Both the position numbers and the translations under genes were made by a program. A stretch of DNA of 62,796 nucleotides, taken from positions 1-62,796 of the forward strand of contig CALVIP010000003.1 of NCBI GenBank assembly GCA_944331715.1, given 5' to 3'. Positions 9,089-17,969 of this stretch are shown in pieces. Position 1 is the stretch's first letter. Every line of letters begins with the position of its first letter. Origin of the DNA: an uncultured Bacilli bacterium. Lineage in GTDB: Bacteria > Bacillota_I > Bacilli_A > RF39 > UBA660. The notes beneath the pieces were generated by a model that had not been told where the DNA came from, did no database searches, and saw nothing but the letters and a program-made list of their open reading frames with translations.

Positions 9089-10027
9089 CTAAAGTAAAGT
9101 AATAGTCTTTATATTAAAATTATTATTTGTATGAGTACTAAATATTAATTGTCCCTTACTATTATCAAAAGCATTTATAATTTCTTCAATTATTCTATTA
9201 TCTAAAAAACTATCTATATCATCTATTATTAGGGCTTTCTCTTCTTCAGAGGCTTTTAAAATAAAAGGTATTATGGCAAAGACTAATCTATTACTAGAAG
9301 ATTCATCTCCATAATCTATTATATAGCTCTTATTATTTAAATTATGCTTAAATTTAGTAGTATAACCAACTTCTTTTCCTAACATAATGCTTTTAACATT
9401 ATAATCTATAATATTAACATTAATCTTTTTATAGAAGTCTAAAACATAAGGTTTTAACTTATTATTAGTATCTCTACTATATAGATTAAATGATGGTTCA
9501 ATAAGACTTTTTACATCTAAACAAATCCCTATAGTTGATGTTAAGAAGGTATATACTTCGTTCAAATCATCTTTAGCATAGCTTAAAAAGAGTCTATTAT
9601 CTAAAACAAGTTTAGATAGTTTTTTTAATCTTTTATCATTAAAGGTATAACTTTTATTTACTCTTTCAAAGATAATATTTTCTTCTTCAAAATCATAATA
9701 ATATAAATATTCTTTACTTACTTGTTTTTTATTAATGGTAAAGCCATAAATATATTTAGTGTTATTTTTAAGAAAAGTTATCTTAAAACTACTAGGTTTA
9801 TCATTATACATAAAAGTATTCAAGTAATTATTATTGTTTTTAAGTATTAAACTAACAGAATTAAGTATCTTTAATAAGTTAGTTTTACCACTATTAAAGC
9901 CTCCATTTATATTAACAATATTACTATCCATATCAAAAGTTATTTTATCCTTAAATGAGAAAAGATTCTCTACTTCTACTTCTAAAATCATAACTCCTCC
10001 CAGAAAATTAAAATAGTGCCTTAGCAC
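9089..10027 (-). CDS. Second, divergent AAA_21-type ATPase
   Basis: GGFNSGKT Walker A, ESSSN degenerate signature, IIDDID Walker B, FSTH; probable start 9991 (RBS GGAGGAG). Confidence 0.75.
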   Translation of the reverse strand: MLRHYFNFLGGVMILEVEVENLFSFKDKITFDMDSNIVNINGGFNSGKTNLLKILNSVSLILKNNNNYLNTFMYNDKPSSFKITFLKNNTKYIYGFTINKKQVSKEYLYYYDFEEENIIFERVNKSYTFNDKRLKKLSKLVLDNRLFLSYAKDDLNEVYTFLTSTIGICLDVKSLIEPSFNLYSRDTNNKLKPYVLDFYKKINVNIIDYNVKSIMLGKEVGYTTKFKHNLNNKSYIIDYGDESSSNRLVFAIIPFILKASEEEKALIIDDIDSFLDNRIIEEIINAFDNSKGQLIFSTHTNNNFNIKTITLL

Positions 10028-10029
10028 TA

Positions 10030-10575
10030 TTATACAGTCATTAATTCTTTTTCTTTATCTTTATAGATATTATCTATATCTTTATTATAGTCATTAACTA
10101 AATCTTGAACATCCTTCATCATACCTTTTGCTTCATCTTCAGGTAGTTCCATCTTCTCTATCTTTTCATTAGCTTCATGTCTAATATTTCTAATAGATAC
10201 TTTAGCATCCTCTGCCATGGCTTTAACTTGTTTAGTAAGTTCACGTCTTCGCTCTTCTGTTAAAGCAGGTATAACTATTCTAATAGTCTCTCCATCATTA
10301 GATGGATTAAATCCTAGATTAGCGGCAATAATAGCTTTCTCAATATTACCTAAGCATCCTCTATCAAAAGGTTTAATCAATAACTGAGTCGCTTCAGGAA
10401 CTGATATAGTTGCAAGGCTCTTTAATGGAGTCATAGATCCATAATAATCTACCATAACACCATCTAAACTAGATGGGTTAGCACGCCCTGCTCTAACTGT
10501 AGTAAAGCGTTTCTCTAAGTTAGCAAGAGTTCCTTTCATTTTATTTTCAATATCACTAATAAATTCACTATTCAT
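10030..10575 (-). CDS. frr: Ribosome recycling factor
   Basis: RAGRANP, GETIRIVIPALTEERRREL, SIRNIR. Confidence 0.97.
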   Translation of the reverse strand: MNSEFISDIENKMKGTLANLEKRFTTVRAGRANPSSLDGVMVDYYGSMTPLKSLATISVPEATQLLIKPFDRGCLGNIEKAIIAANLGFNPSNDGETIRIVIPALTEERRRELTKQVKAMAEDAKVSIRNIRHEANEKIEKMELPEDEAKGMMKDVQDLVNDYNKDIDNIYKDKEKELMTV

Positions 10576-10678
10576 ATAAATATCTCTCCTCAGTTAAATT
10601 TTACTATAAAGAAAAATAAATATCAATAACTTTATATATTTTTTAGAACAAGTAAAGTATCAAAAAGGCAAAAAAAAG

Positions 10679-10711
10679 CACGGCCAAAAGACTTCGCCTT
10701 TTAGGGCCGTG
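10679..10711 (-). terminator. GC-rich hairpin with GAA triloop (terminator and/or DGR cis hairpin)
   Basis: CACGGCC-CT-AAAAGGC-GAA-GTCTTTT-GGCCGTG followed by T-tract. Confidence 0.65.
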
Positions 10712-10727
10712 TTTTACTACTTCTTTA

Positions 10728-12191
10728 TTAACTTTGCAAAATATACGGATTACTACTACTTCCATCACCGTCAACAATCTTGATACTAGATTTTAGAAAG
10801 ACGACTGGGCGGACACCATAAGCATTGTCCGTAGTACGGCTGTTAACATATCCAGCGTAGTTCAGATCAAACACACTGCCAGAACCAGAGGCGCGGGGAG
10901 TGATTGTCCATTGATATGCTGAGTTAAATATCCAGTCATTATTGTAACAATCACTTACACTATCCCAACTATATAATTCTTTATTTGTTAAACAAGTATT
11001 TCTATCAGTTGTAGTTCCTCCACTTGTCGCATATCCATAATCACTCGGATACATTAATCCTACTTTTCCAGTCCAACTTGTACTTCTGCCACTATATACT
11101 GTTGTTCCTCTTTCTCTTTCGTAAAACATTGATGCAGTAACATCATCATTAGTACTACTTCCTCCTAAATACCAAAGTGTGTCTCCTATCATACTTTTGG
11201 CATCACTAGTTAAACTATTGGTCCAATAATCCCCATTATTTAAATTAGTATTTAACGTTGCATTAGGCCAATCATTTATGTTATTAGAGTCCCAAGTAAT
11301 ATCTCCAATAGATTCATTTCTTATTAATTTAAGTCTTTGTTCAACATTACCTGTTCCATCATCTACACTAAATACTCCTATTATTCTCCATGTTTCATTA
11401 TTAAAAGTTACATAGTTATTAGGATTTGCTCCTATATATCTATAATCTGTTAAAGCAGTTGTTTGTTCTGTGGCAGGATGAGAGAAAGTCCACATCTCTT
11501 TTTGTTGTTCACTTGTTGCACTATTGAAGTCTAAATCTTCTGGATTTGCTTTTGCAAGTATTGTATCAACTGCTGTTGATACTGGTTTATCTCCATCTTT
11601 TCCATAGACATTTATTTTTACTGAAAATGTTAAATTTCCTCCATCTCCTTGAGGATTATAATCTTCATCTACCCACATTCTTAACCTATAATTATTACTT
11701 TCACTACTACTCATACTACTAGTATATAAACTCATCTCTCCTGTTGGTCTTCCTGTAAAGTTATTGGCACTTGTCTCTTCATTATAGACTTCTGGTGTCA
11801 TTAACTCTTCTTCACCATCTTCTGTTAATCTAGTTAAATATAATTTTATATTAGAACCATCTATCTTCCTATCACTAGTTGTTACATCTTTAGCAGATAT
11901 CTCATAGTTAATATTAACATCTCCACTAATTTGACTACTTACTGTAAAATCAAAGTATTCTCCTTCAGTTAGTCTTTTCTTCCCAGTTGCATCTGTTGTT
12001 GGTAATGCTCCATTTAAACTTATTGTATTATCTGTTTCTTCATATGTCATTGTTATTGAACCTGTCGTTATACTATTTAATTTTGTTCCTGTTTTACTAT
12101 AACTAAAGGCCGCATAGCTTACCCCTATTATTGCTAGTATCATTACAATTATTAATCCTACTATTATTAATTCTTTCTTTTCCTTTACCAT
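10728..12191 (-). CDS. Secreted/surface protein with SipW-type signal and C-terminal GVRP (CLec-like) domain; candidate DGR target
   Basis: Hydrophobic N-terminus ending SYA; C-terminal WTITP...AYGVRPVVFLK; GC-shifted 3' region. Confidence 0.75.
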   Translation of the reverse strand: MVKEKKELIIVGLIIVMILAIIGVSYAAFSYSKTGTKLNSITTGSITMTYEETDNTISLNGALPTTDATGKKRLTEGEYFDFTVSSQISGDVNINYEISAKDVTTSDRKIDGSNIKLYLTRLTEDGEEELMTPEVYNEETSANNFTGRPTGEMSLYTSSMSSSESNNYRLRMWVDEDYNPQGDGGNLTFSVKINVYGKDGDKPVSTAVDTILAKANPEDLDFNSATSEQQKEMWTFSHPATEQTTALTDYRYIGANPNNYVTFNNETWRIIGVFSVDDGTGNVEQRLKLIRNESIGDITWDSNNINDWPNATLNTNLNNGDYWTNSLTSDAKSMIGDTLWYLGGSSTNDDVTASMFYERERGTTVYSGRSTSWTGKVGLMYPSDYGYATSGGTTTDRNTCLTNKELYSWDSVSDCYNNDWIFNSAYQWTITPRASGSGSVFDLNYAGYVNSRTTDNAYGVRPVVFLKSSIKIVDGDGSSSNPYILQS

Positions 12192-12367
12192 TTTATACTC
12201 CTCCTATTTTTTATAGTCTATCCCAATCATTATCTTTTATACTGTTTTAATATTAACACATATAATCCTTTATATCAATTATTTTGACACTATAAAAGAA
12301 CAGAATTTATACTTATCCTGCTCTTATATCATAATGAAAGAAAGTAATTTTATTACTTATATTAGGG

Positions 12368-12481
12368 TTAAATGCCCCCCCCCCAGGTAACAAGTTGTAA
12401 ACTTGAGGTTTTAGAAAAATGACGAATTAATTTCCCCCAGAATTGACAATTTATTTTACCCTGATAAATTAAATTAGCCAT
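12368..12481 (-). CDS. 37-aa ORF ending in a G10 tract
   Basis: RBS AAGAAAGGAAG; MANLIYQGKINCQFWGKLIRHFSKTSSLQLVTWGGGI*; C10 on plus strand at 12375-12384. Confidence 0.45.
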   Translation of the reverse strand: MANLIYQGKINCQFWGKLIRHFSKTSSLQLVTWGGGI

Positions 12482-12568
12482 ATCTACTTCTTCCTTTCTT
12501 TATCTTTGTTAACTTAATAGTACCATAATCTTCAAAGACAATCAATAACGATTTTACTTACTTTACAC

Positions 12569-13570
12569 TTATATTAAATTACTTCTTTTATAAGTACTTA
12601 CTTTAGAATCTAAATATATATCAACTGTTCCTTTATTAACCATCTTAATAAAGCCTAACCCATTAACACATATATCTTCATCATAACCCATTTCATAAGT
12701 TCTTTTCTGTAAATCTTTTAAATCATCATGCTTACTTGATATTCTTCTAATCTTTAAATCATTAGACATATAGAAAGTAAAACTATTCTTTTCTCCTTCT
12801 ACATAATCCATTCTAAAGAAGTTATCTACTATTACACTTTGTCCTTTCCTAAGTTGAAAAGTCTTAGGTTTAATCTCTTTTTTAGGACTTATCTTCTTAA
12901 ATTCATCATCACTAATATAATTAATTATACTACCACTATCAACAAGACCTGGTGTATCTATAAGAGTTAAATACTCATTTATTTCTATTTCTACTGTATT
13001 TAATGTAGTAGAAGGAAGTGGTGATATAGTAAGTTCTCTATCGCTAGTAGAATAATTTCTTAATAATTTATTTATTAAAGTACTCTTACCAGCATTAGTA
13101 TGACCTACTACATAGACATTATTAGTAGTCTGATATAGTTTTATTTGTTTTAATAAATAATCTATATTATAGTTTTTCTCACTACTTATAACTATTACTT
13201 TATCAAAGATATCATTATCTTTAAAATAATATATTAGTTTATCATCATTTACTGACTTAGGTAGTACATCTCTTTTATTTAGTACTAATATCATCTTATT
13301 AGGAATAATCTCTCTAATCTTATTAATATCTTCTTCTATATTAAGTAAATCTGCTATATAAAGTACTAAATCTTTAGTCTCTCCTACACTTTTAAGTATC
13401 TCTAAATACTCATCATTACTTTTAGTAACTACTTGATACTCTCCATAGTTTTTAATTCTAAAACATCTTTGACAGTATTCTTTATCTAAACTAGTAGTAT
13501 AACCTTCCCCTAAGATATTCTCATCTTGAAGCTTAACTCCACATCCAAGACAGTACTTCTCACTATTCAT
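12569..13570 (-). CDS. yqeH: Ribosome biogenesis GTPase YqeH
   Basis: CxxC...CQRCF zinc finger, circularly permuted NKRD, GHTNAGKS, DTPG. Confidence 0.93.
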   Translation of the reverse strand: MNSEKYCLGCGVKLQDENILGEGYTTSLDKEYCQRCFRIKNYGEYQVVTKSNDEYLEILKSVGETKDLVLYIADLLNIEEDINKIREIIPNKMILVLNKRDVLPKSVNDDKLIYYFKDNDIFDKVIVISSEKNYNIDYLLKQIKLYQTTNNVYVVGHTNAGKSTLINKLLRNYSTSDRELTISPLPSTTLNTVEIEINEYLTLIDTPGLVDSGSIINYISDDEFKKISPKKEIKPKTFQLRKGQSVIVDNFFRMDYVEGEKNSFTFYMSNDLKIRRISSKHDDLKDLQKRTYEMGYDEDICVNGLGFIKMVNKGTVDIYLDSKVSTYKRSNLI

Positions 13571-14093
13571 AATACTTTCCTTTCTTGAAAAGATTATTCT
13601 TACTATATTTATTCATAATCTTCTCTTCTAAATATCTATTAATATTAGTAATCTTTAAATCTTTAACTGCTAGAGGGTCTACAAATATTTTAGTAATATT
13701 ACCTTTATAGCCATATCCCATATCTGTAATAAATTGATCTCCTATGATAGCAATGTTTTTAGACTCTAAATTATATTTAGATTTAATTTTCTTAAGTGTT
13801 CTAATAGTAGGTTTAAGTGCAAAGGGATAGGAATCTACTCCTAAATCTTCACTAAACTTAGACACTCGTTTTTTAGGACTATTAGAAACTATAACTACTA
13901 AAAAATCTTTCTTTAATTTAGTAATTAACTCTTTAACTTTATCTTCTACCTTTACACTGTCTATTAAAGCTAGAGTATTATCTAAATCAAAGATTAAACA
14001 TTTAATATCTTTTTTCTTTAACTTACTATAGTTAATGTCAAAGATATTTTTCTTATATATATCTGGTAAATATTTCATAGTCTTACTCCTCAT
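13563..14093 (-). CDS. yqeG: YqeG HAD IIIA phosphatase
   Basis: FDLDNTL, IGDQFITD; synteny with yqeH. Confidence 0.9.
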   Translation of the reverse strand: MRSKTMKYLPDIYKKNIFDINYSKLKKKDIKCLIFDLDNTLALIDSVKVEDKVKELITKLKKDFLVVIVSNSPKKRVSKFSEDLGVDSYPFALKPTIRTLKKIKSKYNLESKNIAIIGDQFITDMGYGYKGNITKIFVDPLAVKDLKITNINRYLEEKIMNKYSKNNLFKKGKYYE

Positions 14094-14125
14094 ATATTTA
14101 GTATATACTAAAATTTAATATATTT

Positions 14126-15535
14126 CTAGTTATTTAATTTCTGTCTTATAGGCATAGTATCTATATCTAAAGAATCAAAACTATAACCATTACTTAAACA
14201 ATAGTCAATTATATTACTTAAAGCATCTCTTGTATAAGTCTTAGTATCATGCATTAAGATAACATTATATTTATCATGAGATATACTATTAACTACACTA
14301 TTATATAGTTTATGAGGATTAGTTGCAAAAGAAGCATCTCCACTATCAACATTCCAATCATAGTATTGATAATCTTTATTTAAGACTTCTTTAGTTAAAG
14401 TACTCATAATACCTTCGCTATATTTTTTAGAAATGGTATTACTAGAACCCCCTGGGAATCTAATTAATTTAGAATCAACTCCTGTTATATCATAAATTCT
14501 CTTATGAACTTGTTCTAAATCATTAAAGTAGTTATCTCTTGATGCATAAATAATATCATATTTATGAGATGCAGTATGAATACCAATAGAATGTCCTTCA
14601 TCTACAATTCTCTTAATTAAAGAATCATTTCCATTCATCGTTACAAAGAATGTCGCTTTAACTCCTTTTTCTTTTAAGATATCTAAAATTACATCAGTAG
14701 TTCCATCTCTTGGACCATCATCAAATGTAAGATAGATAGTATTAGTTTTTAATGGTTCTCTTACTTTAACATTTCTTACTATTTTACTTTTATTATTACT
14801 ACTATCACTAACTTCATAGGTTACTCTATAATCACCTACTTTAGTATTATCTATATCATTAGTTATTTTAATATTAGAAGTTAAATCACTATCACAGTTA
14901 TCACTAATAGTTACATTATCTTCTATATAAGGCTCATTTAAGTTTAAAAAGATATTATCATCTCCATTTAGTGTTATAGAAGGAGAATCTACATCTTTAG
15001 CAATTAACTTTCTTACAACTTCATTCTTATTACCACTACTATCAAAAACTATATAAATAATTTTATCTTTCTCTTTTTTTACTTTAACTTTATCAGTAAT
15101 ATCTTTATCTACATTATCATAAGCGGTATATCCAAGTTCTTTATACTCCCCATTAGGACAATAGTATTCTTTTAGATTACCATTTAGTTTAATTTTAGGT
15201 TTCTCTATATCTTTTACACTTATTTCTTTAGAGATATGATAAGTAAATATATTATCTTTATAAGTATAATTTATATTATAATCTCTATTTTTATTAGTAT
15301 TTATCTTATCAAGTGGTTTAACTATTCTTTTACTTCCAAACATATTACTTATAGTTATACCTTTATCAGCATAAGAAGAATTAATATTAACTATTTCTTT
15401 TAGGGGAGCATTTAAAGTTATTCTAGGAACAAATAAAAGTGCAAAAGTAAAAAGGACAAGTACTAAAGTAACACTAATATTTATAAAATACTCACTTTTA
15501 GAAACCCTTCTTTTTTTAATCTTCTTCTTAAGCAT
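14126..15535 (-). CDS. Membrane-anchored polysaccharide deacetylase with Ig-like repeats
   Basis: N-terminal TM; repeated D.EKP.I.LNG/AYDNVD units; LTFDDGP, HTASH, RFPGG, LMHD. Confidence 0.88.
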   Translation of the reverse strand: MLKKKIKKRRVSKSEYFINISVTLVLVLFTFALLFVPRITLNAPLKEIVNINSSYADKGITISNMFGSKRIVKPLDKINTNKNRDYNINYTYKDNIFTYHISKEISVKDIEKPKIKLNGNLKEYYCPNGEYKELGYTAYDNVDKDITDKVKVKKEKDKIIYIVFDSSGNKNEVVRKLIAKDVDSPSITLNGDDNIFLNLNEPYIEDNVTISDNCDSDLTSNIKITNDIDNTKVGDYRVTYEVSDSSNNKSKIVRNVKVREPLKTNTIYLTFDDGPRDGTTDVILDILKEKGVKATFFVTMNGNDSLIKRIVDEGHSIGIHTASHKYDIIYASRDNYFNDLEQVHKRIYDITGVDSKLIRFPGGSSNTISKKYSEGIMSTLTKEVLNKDYQYYDWNVDSGDASFATNPHKLYNSVVNSISHDKYNVILMHDTKTYTRDALSNIIDYCLSNGYSFDSLDIDTMPIRQKLNN

Positions 15536-15595
15536 AATCTCAACTCCTAATATTAGTATAGCAAGTTCTATAATTTTTACAATACACTAATATTT

Positions 15596-16315
15596 TTAAC
15601 TGAAGTCTATATCATTATACTTATTATTCTTAATAAATTCTCTAAGTATTTTAGTTAAGGCTCTTTTTTCAATTCGGGATACATAACTTCTAGATATATT
15701 TAATTTATCGGCAATTTGTTTTTGAGTCCATAAATCATTCCCTTCTAAACCATATCTTTTAACAATAATTTCTCTTTCTCTTTTAGTTAAGACTTTTAAG
15801 TAAGAGTTAAGTAGTTTTACATTATCTTTTAAGTTAATTTCTTCTATAAAATCAGGACGTGGGGCTTTTATAACATCAAGGATTGATATTTCATTACCTT
15901 CTTTATCAAAACCAACGGGTTCATTTAAAGAGAGATTTTTATTATTTTTGTTGTTTGCACGAAAGTACATTAATATTTCATTTTGAATACATTTAGCACA
16001 ATAAGTAGTCAAACGATTTCCTTTATTAGGAACAAAGGTATCTACTCCTTTAATAAGACCAATAGTACCAACACTAATAAGGTCATCTTGATCAACGTTT
16101 TTATAATCGAACTTTTTAACAATATGAGCGACTAATCTAAGGTTATGTTCTATTAAACTATTACGTGCTTCTTTATCTCCCTCCACCATCTTTTTAATGC
16201 ATTTTTCTTCCTCATCTTTTGATAGTGGTTCTTTAAAGACTTGATTAGAATAACTGGCTGTAAAAGTAAAGAAGCCTCTTAGACTATCAAATAAATTAAA
16301 CAACATTTTTATCAC
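15596..16315 (-). CDS. sigK: Sporulation sigma factor SigK (uninterrupted)
   Basis: Hydrophobic pro-sequence, IEHNLRLVAHIVKKF, DDLISVGTIGLIKG, ISRSYVSRIEKRAL. Confidence 0.88.
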   Translation of the reverse strand: MIKMLFNLFDSLRGFFTFTASYSNQVFKEPLSKDEEEKCIKKMVEGDKEARNSLIEHNLRLVAHIVKKFDYKNVDQDDLISVGTIGLIKGVDTFVPNKGNRLTTYCAKCIQNEILMYFRANNKNNKNLSLNEPVGFDKEGNEISILDVIKAPRPDFIEEINLKDNVKLLNSYLKVLTKREREIIVKRYGLEGNDLWTQKQIADKLNISRSYVSRIEKRALTKILREFIKNNKYNDIDFS

Positions 16316-16358
16316 CTAATAAATAATATGTCAAAAAAAAGAAGTTAGAATATTAGGT

Positions 16359-17435
16359 CTAACTCTTTGTGTATTTTTTAGTATTTGCCATTTCCCAATA
16401 ATAATCTGTTCTATCATAATCACCTATATTTTGGTATAACTTAGCAAGGCAAAATAAAGCTTCACTATCATCATTTATTTCTCTTTCTTTATCATCTACT
16501 ACAATATTACCTTTTATATTAGTAAAGTTTATGATTCTTGTATAATAACTTATAGTATTAGTTCTATCATCAACTTTTTTAAATACTTCTGCTAAAGCTT
16601 TTTCTGTTTTTAAAAGGATATCTTTTTTGTGTAAATTATCATATTTATCAATTAATAGGTGTTCAGCACGTTTATAAGATTCAATTGCCTTTGGATAATC
16701 TTCTTTTTTTTCATAACATAAGCCTAAAGCATAATGATAATCAGCGAAATTAAAATCTGCTTCAATGGACTTTTTTAAATATAATACTACCTCTTCATAG
16801 TTGTTATATCTATAAGAAGAAGCAATTTTATAATATAAATAACTCATATATTTAGCTTTATCAATATTATCAGTGTCTAAATTATCTTTAGCACTTTTAT
16901 AACAATAAAGGGCATCATCAAGAAATCTTATATCTTGAGAAACTATATTACCTTGTAGTATTTTAGCATTGGCAATATTTTTTTCCATTATCTTTAAATA
17001 TAATATTATTATTTATATCAGCGATAAGTTTGCTTGTATCAAAAGCAAGATCATAATTATTTTTCTTGCAAATACTATTAACTAACATAGCAAGATAATT
17101 TCTTGCATAGGTGTAATAGCGATTAATACCATCAATATTTTTTAATGCTTTAATTAATCTTGCACATGTTTTTTCAACATCAACATAATATAAAGCATTT
17201 GCTATCAAAGTATATAGATTATTATTAACATAGATATTAATCAATTTCTTTAATGATTGAACAGATTCTCTAAATTATTATTAACAGTTATAACTTCATC
17301 ATATTCAGTATAACTTTCTTTATAATACGGATCACAATCACTTACAAATAAACCTACAAAACGAAAATAGCTTGCTAGATATTTTCTTGTAAATTTATTA
17401 GTATCGTCTGTTATTATTTTTATGTCATTAATCAT
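16359..17435 (-). pseudogene. TPR-repeat gene split into three ORFs by two frameshifts
   Basis: ORFs 17250-17435 and 16359-16988 share a frame; middle ORF 16963-17244 is shifted; joins near 17275 and at A7 run 16978-16984; TPR-like helices (YHYALGLCYEKKEDYPKAIESY). Confidence 0.7.
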
Positions 17436-17450
17436 ATTTATCCCCCTATT

Positions 17451-17969
17451 TTATATATCTCTAAATAAATAGACATTTTCGTTTAAAGTTTGGTTAGGAA
17501 GAGTAAAGTCTCTACTACCTACTAATTCTCCACCCATATGTTTATAGAAACTATTGGCATTAGTATTAAGAGCAAGACAGCCAACAATCATACTATTAAA
17601 TCCCATTTTCTTAACTTCATCACAAGCTTTTTCAAAGAGTGTTCTACCATATCCTCTATGTTTAACTTCATCAAGTAAATATAAGGCCTGTAATTCTCCT
17701 ATATCTTTATAATTAGAATCTTTTGATTTACACACTCTAAGAACTCCTACATATTTATCATCTGCTTTTAAAAGAAATGATTTATCAAATTCTTTATTTA
17801 TATCTTTTTTCTTTCGTTCTATAGCTATATTTATTTCAGAATCTGTACCGATTAATTCTAAAAACTCTGCATTAACTATTCCTTTATAAGTCTCTTGCCA
17901 AGATTTAGTATTTATTTTAACATAATCACTTACATTGTTAGTATTTAACTCTTCTATAATACAATTCAC
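17451..17969 (-). CDS. GNAT acetyltransferase
   Basis: LYLLDEVKHRGYG acetyl-CoA motif, ANSFYKHMGG. Confidence 0.88.
   Translation of the reverse strand: MNCIIEELNTNNVSDYVKINTKSWQETYKGIVNAEFLELIGTDSEINIAIERKKKDINKEFDKSFLLKADDKYVGVLRVCKSKDSNYKDIGELQALYLLDEVKHRGYGRTLFEKACDEVKKMGFNSMIVGCLALNTNANSFYKHMGGELVGSRDFTLPNQTLNENVYLFRDI

Noticed and set aside
10728-12560. Complete DGR cassette
   Set aside because: No reverse transcriptase ORF and no second copy of the variable region were found by eye in this window; only a candidate target is supported.
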